Source: Podarcis muralis
Lineage: Eukaryota
DNA: 64,000 nucleotides
Assembly (NCBI RefSeq): GCF_964188315.1
Contig: NC_135658.1
Location: 79,980,001-80,044,000, forward strand
Direction of reading: 5' to 3'
Part shown: positions 35,561 through 47,516 of the stretch, piece after piece
Layout of the letters: each line of letters starts with the position of its first letter
Position numbering within the stretch: position 1 is the first letter of the stretch
The notes under the pieces: model-generated
What the model was told of the DNA's origin: nothing
Databases searched by the model: none
The model's input: the letters and a program-made list of their open reading frames with translations, nothing else
Made by a program: the position numbers and the translations under genes

Positions 35561-37306
35561 TTTCTCTCAGTGAGGGAGCTCAGGCCACAAGCAATAAATA
35601 GACACCATTGTTTGAGTATTTCCCCCATATATTTCTTGGCAACTGAAACAACTGATTTCTGCTTGTATTTGCATACCTACAGTTCAAATCAGCCAAACCT
35701 GAAAATGAAATGTATGGTAGATGCCACCCACCCACTCCACTGATGTTTAAAATGAGCTCTAAAGGGAAGGAAAAGCTATAGTTGCAATCTGTGGCCAATT
35801 ATGTTCACTCACAGGAATGAATGACTCATTGGAATGAATGGGTCAAAAACTCTTAACTTGGTATAGGATTGCAGCCATTCAAATCTCTTTCATGGCGTTT
35901 AAAGCTACTGATAGTTCACCTTTCTATCAAGCTGCTTCTGAAGAACACAAACCTAACTTTTACAGTCAGCTAGAGTGATCTGAAAGGTTCAAAGAACCTC
36001 TGCAGAGATAATGTATTTCTCTGTTCAAGTAGTGGGTGGGGGGAGCGTTTAAAAAAACCAAAAACCAGTAGGCAGTGGTAAGGAAAAGTAGGACTAGTTC
36101 TTTAAAAGCATCGGCACAGTTTTCTCAGCATAACCTTTTTGCTATGTGTTTGCACTACTGCCAGATGGTCTGGGGGTGAAAATGTAGCAGGAAAGATCAT
36201 TTATTGCACTTGTTACTGGGACAGGCAGCAAGTTACAGTGGGACACCAATAAGGCATGTGTATGGTCAAATAGTTTTGCATTTCTTGCTGGTATGAGCCC
36301 TATAGGCACGAGTTCAAAAGGAGAGATCAGGATTTCATCATTAGTTTATTTGCATGCTATTTCCCCACAAAACTGTGCCCAAACTCATATCTCACAGCAT
36401 ACCAAATAAGCAAGAATAAATATAACAATTCAGAAACAATATGAAGAACAATTTAAAATGATCATAATATCAACATTTTACATACGACAATATAGGAAAC
36501 AATACCAATAAGGTAATTTAACAGCTTAAAACTAAACAGAGAGATTCACAGGAATCACTGACAGGGAGATACGGGGTCATCATGTGTCTAGTTAGCTCTG
36601 GTTAGACATTAAATGGGAAAAGGAGTTTTGTATGAGAAGTTGTGGGAGAAGTTATGTATGAGGTGGGCAGAAGAGGATCCAAGCAGGGGGACACAATGAC
36701 CTTTCTAGATAAGCTTGGTGGGTGCATGAAGATGGCCTCCCAAGCTTAAAACAATATGTGTGCCATCCCAGTCATAAAAATTAGGAAGCGCTTTTCTAAC
36801 ACCCTGGTTTGAAAAGCTTCCACATTATCTGAGGGAGTTAATGTGTCATGACTCTCATAACTACTTTGTGAGTTTGCTTTTCAGTCTTAATTTACAACTT
36901 ATTGAAAGTGAGAGCTGTGTGCAGGGAAGGAAACTTAGAGAACTTAGTGTGTCCATGAGAATGGGAGGCAGTCAAAACTCCAGAGAAGGTGTGGTGTAGT
37001 GGTCAACCTCTGTCCATAACTGAAGGGAACAGGAAAGTAAAATAACAGGCTGAGCTGTATGGACACTCATGTAACTTCATTGTAAAAGAAGCCATCTGTG
37101 GAAGCAGAATGCTAGACAGGGATGATTTAGCTTGTGTGTACATTGTTCTACCAGTGAGAATAACCATTAGGTTATCTTTATCAATTGGTTATCTAGGCAT
37201 AGCTGTGGATGCTACTGACATTTTAAAAGCATGTATGGAATTGGAGGCACGCCAGGAAGGAAAGGAAAGGGTATGCCCCACAGAGAAACCTACAGTCTGC
37301 AAATAA

Positions 37307-37677
37307 AAACATCCTGAAGGTCCCAGGCCTCAGAGAGGTTAGGCTGGCCTCAACTAGAGCCAGGGCCTTCTCGGCTGCGGCTCCAATCTGGTGGAACGCT
37401 CTGTCACAAGAGACTAGGGCCCTGCGGGACCTGACATCTTTCCGCAGGGCCTGCAAGACAGAGTTGTTCCACCAGGCCTTTGGTCAGGGCGCAGCCTGAC
37501 TCCCTCCTCTGGCAACCTGCACAGAATTTTGCTTAATGGTTGCCATCAACTTGATTTTAATTAATTTTTATAATGAAATATTTTTAGAATGTTGGATTAT
37601 TTGATTGTTTGATTATTTGATTGTTGTTAGCCGCCCTGAGCCCGGCTTCAGCTGGGGAGGGCGGGATATAAATAAAA

Positions 37678-37727
<50 letters not shown>

Positions 37728-37745
37728 CATCATCATCATCATCAT
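37307..37745 (+). mobile_element. L2 3' end with (TTA)n(CAT)6 tail
   Basis: agggccttctcggctgcggctccaatctggtggaac (RAFS.AAP..WN) and gttagccgccctgagccc...gggcgggatataaataaa; CpGs retained, so relatively young. Confidence 0.85.
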
Positions 37746-38089
37746 GGCCCCCTCCTGCAGTTTTAATCCCACCTGTGATTATCTTCCAATACCTCTATCT
37801 CCGCACTACCCATTGTAACTGCTGCTATAAATTAAATGGGCCGATGTACTAGACTTGCATGACAAAGAAGGCAAATCGCTTTGCTTTTAAAGGGGGAAAG
37901 GGTACTTACTTGCCTGTCCTATTGGTCATAGGAAAGCTTGCCTAGAGATGCATACTTCCCCTATTCTAGTTGAGGTAGTAGTTGAGGATAATGTGTATAG
38001 TTTAGGTGTTCTCCTGGAGTTTTGTTCCTGGATGTTCCAGTGATAACCCGCCAGGAGTGCATTTGCACTGCTTTTCTGTGGCCCTTTGA

Positions 38090-38315
38090 GAAGACAAAAC
38101 TGGCTACTCTTATGCCTGCTTTAATAGCCATTTCAAACTACTGCAGTGCTTTGTACTTGAGGTTCCCTCTGAAGGGTATTCAGAAACTCCAGCTGGTGCA
38201 AGACTCTGTAGCTAGAGTGGTATTGGGGGCCCAGCTTTTTGGATAATGTTATGCATACTTTTTAAGCTGCATTGGCTCCCAGTTCATTTCCAAGTGCAAT
38301 TCAAAGTACTGGTTT
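38090..38315 (+). mobile_element. Old L2 ORF2 C-terminal fragment
   Basis: NYCSALYL..PLK.IQKLQLVQ..VARVV...LHWLPVHF motifs. Confidence 0.65.
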
Positions 38316-40752
38316 CCCCCCTTAAAGTCCAGCAGCTTCATTGCCCTTCTGCAAAAGCAACTGGAAACAGATTTTTAAAAAGGAATGGGTAGACAAGAAA
38401 AAAAATTATTGATTGAATGCATTTTGGGCGCTGCTGGTCCCTCTTCAGGAAAATTTAGAGGAGAGTAATTCACATTTCAGCTGTGTCACTTCTTCTGTTG
38501 CTATCAAAAGAAAAAGAAGAGGTAGCTCATCTGAATGTTGAATTACAAGTTCTTGGCTTTTTAGCCCTAGATGACTTGAGACCATGAGATCTGAAGCCCT
38601 GCTTGCTTTCATATGAGACTGCCCAAGATCTTGGAGCTGCGGGCAGCAGCTTTGTTTGCATTCCTCTTTTATCTGAAGTCAGGCTAGTGACTATGATTGT
38701 TAGGAGCAGGGCATTCAGTGGTGGAACCCTGGCTTTGTGGAGTTCCCTCCTGATTAATATCAGGAAACATCTATAGTGACTTGCTCAACACATTTCTGTG
38801 TTCACTCAGGTGTCCCTTGAAGCATGACTCAAGCTATTTATAGGACACAACCTTTTCCACAGCGATGTCCAAGCTTTGAAACTATCTCTCTGTAATGTGG
38901 ATATGTGTTTGGTTGCTTTCGTACTTAGAATGAATGGTGAAGACCATCTATTTCAATCAGGACTTCCATAATGACTGGTTTTGTTATTCCAGCCCCCTCA
39001 TGCCACATATTTTCTGTATTTAGGTGCAATGGCTATTTATCATTGTTTTTGCTATAATTTGTTGTGTTTTGGTGTTTTATTGTTTTGGTTTAATGCTGTA
39101 GTTTAATTGCTTGCGTGCTGCTTTGTGGGGACTTTGGTCTGACAAGCAATACAAAAGTAAGCTTTTACCTACACTTGCCTATGCTGAACGCTATGGCACC
39201 GTGTCCAACTTAGTTTTACTCAGAGTAGACCCATTGAAATAAATGGACCTAATTTAGCCATGTTTATCAGTTTCAATGGTCTCCTCTGAGTCTAACATTG
39301 GATACAACCCAATGTGGTTTTATTAAGAAATTAGACAGAAGATAATCACAACTGTTCTTAAGAGGCACCACTTTTTCACAATGCCACCTTGAAAGTATCT
39401 GAGCATAGAAATTTGTCTCTGGGTGTGTGTCTTGTTTATTTATGACTTTAGTATCCCACCTTTCTTCTAAGTAACTCAAAAGTGACGCACACAATTCTCC
39501 TCCCCTGCCATTTTAATCTTCACAACAACCCTGCCGAGTTAGGCTAAGAGACTATGACTGGCCCAAGGCTACCCATGGAGCTTTATGGTTGAAAAGGGAT
39601 TTAAGTCTTGGTTTCCTGAGTCCAGCACTCTAACCACTACACCACACTTTCCTCCTACTGACATGTTGCTTGCATTTTCCTTTACCATGGCACAGGGACC
39701 TGGGGTTAGGGGCTGCAGTTTCCAAGCTCCACTACATGACTTCTCAGCAGGCTTGAGCTGATGCTGCTCTGGTTTTAGAAAAGAAGCCCCCCCCCCACTT
39801 CCCAGGCGCTTCCTGGCCAGCTGAATATCAAATGCAGGCTCATTTACATTGTATGGGGCCTGCTAGTTTTCTTTGCTGATTTTATCTCTCTCTCTCTTTA
39901 AGGAACAGATCGGCCACATATTGAAAATCAGGAAATTTAATTTTGCCAGATGAATTAATTTTAATAGGATTTCCTTAACCCAACATGATTAGCATTAGCC
40001 TCACCTTGTAATTTGTGGCATATTAAGGAGAGCATCTCCTTTCTTAGTGGGTGGGGTGGGGGAAGGACTTTATCCAGAAGGACCTCCAGCAAAGAATGAG
40101 GAGAGGAGATACAAGCAAGACCAAAGATTTGCTGAGGATTGGCTAATCCAGAAGAAGTTTGCAGCAAACTGTCCAGGGACCAGCAAACGGGTTGGCCTTT
40201 TTGGATCAGCCCATCATCTAACTGAGTTTCCAGCCTTCAAACATCTGCAGCCCACCAGCATGTCCATCTGATAACAAGAGATGGGCTATAGGAAAAAGGA
40301 AACACTTCTGTCCACAGAGCTTAGCCACCACTTGGAGGCGAATCACCAGAGCCACCTAAAAGAAGAAGAAAATAAAGGATAAGTAAACACAAGTCTGGAT
40401 GACCCTCGAGGCTTAAATGCCCCCAAATCCAACCCTTCTGGACAGCAGTCATTCAAGAAATATGCAAAATAACTAAACAGGTACTAGAAGTTGCCCCAGA
40501 ACTGGCCCTACTGAACATCTTCCAAGATAATAATGTCAACTCACACTATAAAGAACTCATAACCCACCTACTCTCAGCAGCCAGAAGCATCATAGCCAGA
40601 CACTGGAGAGACCTGTCAGGAGTAAACATGGACCAATGGTATCAAATTGCATGGGAAACAGCCTTATTAGAAAAACTAACCAATAAACTGAAACTGACAT
40701 GGGGACAAATAGAAGATGCCTTCACCCTGGTATGGTTCCCCTTTATCACATA

Positions 40753-40999
40753 AGTAAAGATAAAGGGACCCCTGACCATTAGGTCCAGTCGTGACCGACT
40801 CTGGGGTTGCGGCGCTCATCTCGCTCTATAGGCCGAGGGAGCCGGCGTACATCTTCCGGGTCATGTGGCCAGCATGACTAAGCCACTTCTGGCGAACCAG
40901 AGCAGCGCACGGAAACGCCGTTTACCTTCCCACCGGAGTGGTACCTATTTATCTACTTGCACTTTGACGTGCTTTCGAACTGCTAGGTTGGCAGGAGGC
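40753..40999 (-). mobile_element. 5'-truncated Sauria SINE inserted in the L1 fragment
   Basis: 9-bp TSD tatcacata at 40744-40752 and 41000-41008. Confidence 0.93.
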
Positions 41000-41133
41000 T
41001 ATCACATACACAGCCCCAAAAGACAACTACAAGAATCCACCAACAGCATACAAATCAATTAGGCTAACTTGACCCAACAATCCCTCCCCCCCACATTAAT
41101 GAACAAATCTCACTGCAGCCAACCAAAGACAAC

Positions 41134-41250
41134 TTGTTGTTGTTGTTGTTTAGTCGTATCCGACTCTTCATGACCCCATGGACCACAGCACGCCAGGCAC
41201 TCCTGTCTTCCACTGCCTCCCGCAGTTTGGTCAGGCTCATGTTTGTAGCC
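41134..41250 (-). mobile_element. Short Bov-B 3' end
   Basis: Near-identical to 12825-12945; (CAA)n tail. Confidence 0.85.
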
Positions 41251-42071
41251 ATGAGAAGCCACCCCAAGCTCTCTAACTACCAAGGAAATATAACAAGCGA
41301 ATAGAAAGAGAACCTACCCAAGTGGCACTGATGCCAAACCCCACACATACACTCCCTCTCCCCCCTCTTTTTCTTCCCGACCTTATACTGCAAATAACAC
41401 TAATGTCTCACAACAGATGTGCTTGATCTGAATGACAACCTGAAAAAAGAGACAATGCATGTACTTTTGTAAACTAAGATTTTTTTAAAATCAAAATTAT
41501 TTTAAAAACAAATGAACAGAACCCCCCCCAAAAAACCCCAAAGCTTTCCCCATTTCCCTGGTGCTGAAATTTAACAAGACCAACTTTTGTTTGATTCTGC
41601 CAAGTAGTAGGGCCTTTATGCTCTCGGCTTACAGCTCCATTCACCAGTCAGGTAAATCGCATTGCTCTGGTTTTATTACTAAGTTCTTTGGGCTCCAAAC
41701 TATGCCTTCTGCCTTATGCTGTTTAACTTCCACTGAGATGTTTCCACTTGATCCAATCTGTTTAACTTCCACTTCTAAGAAGGCATGGGGAGCTCATAAG
41801 GACTAAACCGGCCAAAGGCCCTTCAGGTCTAGCTAGCATCCTGTTTCTCAGAGCAGCCCAGCAGAGGAGGACAGGAGTGCAATGGCCCTGCCCTGTTGCA
41901 TAAGGCCTGAGGTTGATATATTATTAGTAAGGAAGGGGTGGGGAACAGTTCTAGAGATCTAGGGGGTATTCTTCACACACACCCTCTCAAAAATATCTCT
42001 GGGATTGAAAGAGTAGAAAGTTGCAAGCTGTTGCTTCTCCTCCTCCTCCTCCTCCTCCTCCAACAACAAGA

Positions 42072-42206
42072 TAGCTCAGTCGGTAGAGCGTGAAACTCTT
42101 AATCTCAGAGTCGTGGGTTCGAACCCCACTTCGGGCAAACAGTCTTGCATTGCAAGGGTTGGACCAGATGACTGCCGAACTCTACAGTTCTATGATTCAA
42201 TGATTC
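42072..42206 (+). mobile_element. tRNA-Lys(CTT)-headed, CR1-tailed SINE
   Basis: Head tagctcagtcggtagagcgtgaaactcttaatctcagagtcgtgggttcgaacccc (CTT at 42098-42100; no 5' acceptor strand); tail ggttggaccagatgac...ttctatgattc. Confidence 0.85.
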
Positions 42207-43707
42207 ATTGCCAAGGGGGCTGCTGCTGCTGCTTCATCTCCTCCGGGCGGGCTGGGGGTTGGGGGGGGGGTGCCTGCCTGCGCGCGCAGCCGCTTCTCCC
42301 CCGACCTGATGCTTCGCAGGGCTGACATTCGTGTAGCAACCGCCGGGTCCGAGGCAGCAACGGCGCTGCAGCTGGGCTTGGCTTTGAAATGCGCAAGACA
42401 ATGGGCGCCACTGTTCTCGCCCGCTTCGCCTTTCCATTCCATTTGCATAGTCTGTTCTGCCTGATTGACCAGCTCGGGCTGTCCAAGGGACCCGGCATTG
42501 TTCCCAGATCACTGCGAGATGGCAGAGATGACAAGATTCAGGTGAGAGATGAAGTGGGATGGCTCGCCCGGGCCGCAAGCCGAAGCCAGAAGCCCCTGGG
42601 AACACCAGGCGGGGGGAGAAGAAGGAGGAGTGGAGAATCAGATGGAGGGGTTTAAGAGAGAGAGAGAGAGAGAGGTCCTCTCCTGTCTTCCACAATGAGA
42701 ACTCACCCCAAATCCACATTTTCCCACCCCACTCCCGCTGCTCTGGCCAAAAATCGAGCCGCCCTTCAACCCTCACCGTAGTTCATAGCAGGGCAGCGCT
42801 TCAAAGTGTCGTTCAAAGCACTTCACACACAGGGTCTTCTTGGCGAAACGTACAACATGCCTGCAAGGCGGGACAGCACCACCATCTAAAAAGGCTGCCT
42901 CCGGGAAGGAGCGGCTTTCTGGTAGGGTTGCCCTATTTTGAAGAGCAAAAAGAGAGGGACATATTTCCCGACTTCTACTTTTAACTATGGAGACTCTCAT
43001 TTTACATACCCATGAAAAAGAGAACGTGTCTTGGAAAAAGAGGACACCCCTGACTGGGCTGAGTGAAGGGCGAAAGGGAAACGGAAGGTGCGCCCTCCAG
43101 AACTCCAGCCCGCCAGAAAGCAACACCCCAGGATCGGTTTTGCAAGCAGATTGCATGGGAAGGTTTCTATTTACAAGTGAAAGGTGGAGTAGAGTCGCAG
43201 GGGAAGATGGCGGCCCCCACAAGGCATTTTACCTGCAGGGAACTTGCAGGAGGACTTTGTGAGTGAGCTGAGGAGCTGAGGCCCCACGAGCCGGTTTATA
43301 TTTACTCGGAAGGAAGCCCCGTCGAGTTCAATGTGGCGCTCACTTATGGCCAAGGGTGCAGCAGGGCTGGAGCCGAAGCAGCTGCGATCCTAAACTGGGG
43401 AATTCCATCGAAATCGACAGGAATCGGGACTCAGGGCCCAGTATAACGGGGCTTCGGGTTTGTGTTAGGATCGCAGCCTAAGGCTAAAATCCTATGCCCA
43501 ATTGGCCCTGCATCGGAGGATCTCGTGAAGTTCTTTTATTACAGTCTAATCAAGCCCGTGGAAGGTAGCTGGGCAGAGACACGCGTATTGTAATCTTCCT
43601 CCTTTCGCGCAATTGTCTGCTGAGCTTATTTGCAGCTGTGCCCACTTCTGTAGATGGAAAATACCGGTAGATACTCCTGATATCTCAGACAAAACACAAC
43701 TGGGGAA

Positions 43708-43899
43708 GGGCCATAGCTCAGTGGCAGAGCGTCTGCTTTGAGTGTAGAAGGAGGTCCCAGGTTCAGGCCCCAGCATGACCTCCAAGTAAGGCAGGGAAAA
43801 GGTGCCCCGTCGAAAAATCTACAGAACCGCTACCAGCCTGTGCAAGCAATATTGGGCTAGATGGACGGGCTCGGGGCATGGCAGCTTCCTCTGTTCCTA
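43708..43899 (+). mobile_element. Squam3-like SINE, full length, diverged
   Basis: gggccatagctcagtggcagagcg...ggtcccaggttca... tail ggcagcttcctctgttccta. Confidence 0.75.
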
Positions 43900-44056
43900 C
43901 CCGCCATTCATTTCCAGGCAGATGGAAAGCTCTGAGCTGCTGCGGAAGGAGGAATGGAGGAAGGAGAGCAAATCGCGTCGGGCTCCATCTCCTCTTTCCC
44001 ACCCCTCCCACACAAAAAACCCTGGAAACTTTTTACCCTCTCAAACTAGCTTGCAG

Positions 44057-44057
<1 letters not shown>

Positions 44058-44100
<43 letters not shown>
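44058..44100. repeat. (CA)~21 microsatellite
   Basis: Direct reading. Confidence 0.95.
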
Positions 44101-44102
<2 letters not shown>

Positions 44103-44667
44103 AAACAACATGCACCCGCCCAGCCCACACAGGCCCCCTGAAATGGGTTTTCGTTTGACACTCTTGTTTTGACTTCTTCGTAGAAAGACCTAAAAAAGAA
44201 GGGGGGAAAAGATCTTTGCAATACCGGAATGTTTTCCCTCGAGGGATCTGCAGCACAATTTGCCATAATTTCTTCCTTAAACCGAAAAGAAGCTGAGCTG
44301 AGCAAGGGAGGAGATTCCCATGGCAGCGCTCGCTTCGACTCAACCCCCCCCCCCCCCCGCCGCCGCCCTCTGGGACTCCAGTCTCGTTTCAGTGCAAATA
44401 TTCCCCATCATCTGCTAATAATGGGGAAAGACAACAGAGGCGCGCGACTCGCTTGTGCCCGGGCACCAGCCACGGATCCACAGCTGCCACTTAAACCGTA
44501 TCCATCCCATCGATTTCCTCTCTCTTTAGCAGGACAGCTGTTTTTACTCAGCAGGGAGACTTATTTCAGTGGGCCTTTTGGCCAAGGAAGTAGCCGGATG
44601 CAGCCCCGTTCTATGCACATTCCTTTTAGCAGGTTTCCCTTCAAGGTTAGGTGTGCTTAGGATCGTA

Positions 44668-44770
44668 ATCCTGTGCGCACCTACCTGGGAATCATTGAAC
44701 TTAGTGAAACTTACTTCGGAGTAAGACACGTATCGCTGTTCGCTTATGATCCTGTGCCCACTTGTCTGGA
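44668..44770. mobile_element. Short imperfect-palindrome MITE-like repeat
   Basis: aatcctgtgcgcacctacctggga...acttacttcggagtaagacacg; related to 17380-17445, 28640-28715, 49030-49160 and 50735-50815. Confidence 0.5.
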
Positions 44771-45151
44771 AAGGTCCCATTTAACTCAGTGACTGGACGT
44801 GCAGTGAGTCTTATTGTTGAGCCCGTTCTCTCCCTGGGGCTGCACCTGTTTAGGTGAGTCTCAAGGGTTTGTGGATGAGAACTGGGGGTGCCACGTTGAG
44901 ACTTAACTGGGTGGGTTAGTGTTAGAAAAGTCTGTCCGGGGAAGGAGAGCCGGATCCACGATTAGTTTCAGCAGCTGCTGCTGCCTTCGTTCCAGTGACT
45001 TCCAAAGGAGTGAGCCCCGCGTTCACACGGAAGGAAGCACTTGCTTCCGAATAGGTGTTAATTCGGCTTAAAGCCCAGTGTTTCGATTGCACCACATTGT
45101 GGGCTCGCAGTTAATATCCATATAACTTTCTTTGCTCATCTGAAACTTGGA

Positions 45152-45156
<5 letters not shown>

Positions 45157-45226
<70 letters not shown>
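45157..45226. repeat. (TC)20(AC)15 compound microsatellite
   Basis: Direct reading. Confidence 0.95.
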
Positions 45227-45228
<2 letters not shown>

Positions 45229-45795
45229 TGGAATGCACTTATTAGCTTCTTAAATTCGAGGGTGAGGGACGAGCTCACACCCAGACAGAAACACAGGCGC
45301 TCCCTCGGTACAAAACTACTGCTTTTTCTGTTGGTGGTGGGGAGCTGATATCAAGCTGGTTTACCCCGCAGCCCTAAGGCAGAGATCCTTCCCCTGTTTC
45401 CACGGAAGGAAGCCCCACAGGATCGGGTCTCCGGGGCTTCCCAGGAAGGACCCGTCGTGGTCCCCCGGCGAAAGTGTGTCGCGAGGCACCGGGGCCCGAC
45501 CCCCGTTTCCCCTCCTCCCGGTGCCCGCCGGGGGTGAAAGATGCGATGGGAGCCGAAGTGGCTCTGGAGTTTGTTTAATTCCCCCCCTCGCGTGTTTACT
45601 GATCCTTCGAGAGGCGCTTATCTCGGGGAATATAGAGCGATTAATAAAACCGCAGGTTTCCAGATAAGTGATTGTGATGGAGATTGTTGGCGAGAAAATA
45701 GACAATTATCCGCTGTTAGCTTTACATAAAGATCGCATTAACTTGAATTAGTTATCAGACAAAAGAACATCAGAAAGCTGCACCTTTTCTGCCAA

Positions 45796-45984
45796 NNNNN
45801 NNNNNNNNNNNNNNNNNNNNNNNNNNNNNNNNNNNNNNNNNNNNNNNNNNNNNNNNNNNNNNNNNNNNNNNNNNNNNNNNNNNNNNNNNNNNNNNNNNNN
45901 NNNNNNNNNNNNNNNNNNNNNNNNNNNNNNNNNNNNNNNNNNNNNNNNNNNNNNNNNNNNNNNNNNNNNNNNNNNNNNNNNNNN
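45796..45984. other. Assembly gap
   Basis: N run inside the CpG-rich region. Confidence 0.99.
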
Positions 45985-46970
45985 AAAGAGAGACGAGGCA
46001 GGGATACTGAGCTGGGGGAAGTTGGAGAGTTTCAAGGGAGGAAGCGAGGGAGGGAAGACGCACTGCCTGCCCGGGCGAAATGCGCCGCCGCGGAAAAGAA
46101 GCGCAGCTGAGAAACGCGCCTTGGCAGCCAAGTGGGAACCCAAAGGAAGGAGAAGGCTGATCGTGGGGCAGCCGGGAACTTAAAGGGCTCCTGAATGGAG
46201 GTGGGGAGGGGGTTATAGAAGAAAGAGAGGGGGGTCTTTTCCTGCACAGCCGTGGAACTATTTGGAGAGCATGAAAGAGGCTGCTGTGGTTCCCGCTGGA
46301 GAGCTTTTTGTACAATTCCAAGTCTAGTTCTCTCTCTCTCTGCCCCCCAACACACACACAGCGTTCCCCCCTCCCATTCACTGGAGGGGGGGGCGGTAAT
46401 TAATTATCCAGCTCTGCTCCTGGGAGAGAGAGAGAGAGAGAAGGAAGGAAAAGTGGGGGAGCGGTGGGGGGGGAGCGTTAAGGGAGGGAAAGGACTCCCT
46501 CCCCCTCCCGACTTTCTCGTTTTGTTCAGCAAGCAGAACTAGGAGGAACACCCCCACCCCGACCTCCACCCCGGGACTGCAGGGCTCCTGTCCAGTCCAC
46601 CCCCACGGAAAAGGGGGGAAGGGCGAGCCCTGCGGGGGAGCGGCTCTCATTGTGGTAGCCAACAATCCCCCGGCCTCCCCCCCCCCGCGGAGGTGAGGAA
46701 TTCTGGAGCGGCTCGTGTGACTTCGAGGGAGAGGGAGGCGGGCAGGGGCTGCAGAGGCTAGGCGCGCGAGGGCACACCTCTCCCGCTTCTCCGTCCCTTC
46801 CTAAAATAAAATAGAAGCCTGCCAAGGCAAAAGAAAGGATGTCATTACGGTCCAGCAAGATGCACTCCCAGGAAAAAAAATATTGACTATACAGTATATA
46901 TGTGGGAAAGGGACGGAGAAAAGTGTCTCGGCGGCGCGTTGCTTGAGCTGGAGCCTTGCCTTCCACTTTC

Positions 46971-47092
46971 AGCTCAGTCTCTTAATCTCAGGGTAATAGG
47001 TTCGAGCCCCGCGCTGGGCGAAATATTCCTGCGTGGCAGGGGGTTGGACTAGATGACCCCCGGGGTCCCTTCCGACTCGACGACTTCTATGA
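46971..47092 (+). mobile_element. tRNA-Lys/CR1-tail SINE with a deletion in the head
   Basis: agctcagt joined to ctcttaatctcagggtaataggttcgagcccc; tail ggttggactagatgacccccggggtcccttccgactc...ttctatga. Confidence 0.8.
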
Positions 47093-47221
47093 AAAGCTCT
47101 CTGTAGGTTGGCTGCCTCTATTAGGGCTGCAACGTGTCTTTCTCTGAGTTTAGTTAGGGTCGGGACGCCAGATTGCCAGACAGCCTCAGAGCAGGCGATG
47201 CTGCTGGGCTGAGGTGGGTAA

Positions 47222-47223
<2 letters not shown>

Positions 47224-47265
<42 letters not shown>
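47224..47265. repeat. (GT)21 microsatellite
   Basis: Direct reading. Confidence 0.95.
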
Positions 47266-47267
<2 letters not shown>

Positions 47268-47516
47268 CGGGGATGCTCAGGTGCCGTGGGGCTGCCCCCT
47301 GGCCTGCACGCACACATACACAGCGCGCCCCACCGGCTCTCCCCGGCTCGCCTGACTGGGAGCTGTCCCAGTGCTGCTACGTGCGGCTCCTGCGCTTCCC
47401 GGGTCCCGGTTGAAAGGAGCGGCTGACGACCCCCCCAGTTCCCAAGGCAGGCTGGAAGCTGCCTGGTGAGCCTTGGATTTGTGTGGTCCCAGCCTTTCCC
47501 AGCTTGCCCCATTCCG

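Larger units (their letters stand above)
40418..41510 (+). mobile_element. L1 3' fragment of a second family, hosting two later insertions
   Basis: Open frame 40418-40752 (CPQIQPFWTAVIQEICKITK...LLSAARSIIARHW...W) continues after the SINE to a stop at 41070-41072; A-rich end near 41500. Confidence 0.8.
42210..47500. promoter_or_regulatory. CpG-island cluster without a recognisable coding exon
   Basis: Several GC- and CpG-rich stretches (about 42.2-42.65, 43.05-43.45, 44.3-44.5, 45.4-46.15, 46.55-47.45 kb); no LINE or LTR; YY1 motif aagatggcggc at 43204-43214. CpG o/e not computed. Confidence 0.75.

Noticed and set aside
37584-37772. Poly-Ile/Met ORF here, and poly-Asn (62551-62775) and HT/VC-repeat ORFs elsewhere
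   Set aside because: Translations of microsatellites.
9891-40999. Recurrent similar ORFs (MAEG...HVASMTKPLLANQSSARK...) as a gene family
   Set aside because: All are antisense translations of Sauria SINE copies.
42062-42137. Functional tRNA-Lys(CTT) gene
   Set aside because: The 5' acceptor strand is missing and the sequence runs into a CR1-type tail instead of a poly-T terminator, so it is a SINE head. The same applies to 1451-1506 and 46971-47020.
42197-42984. Coding exon of a transcription factor in the CpG island
   Set aside because: Overlapping ORFs on both strands are expected in GC-rich DNA; none contains a homeobox, HMG, forkhead, bHLH or zinc-finger motif.
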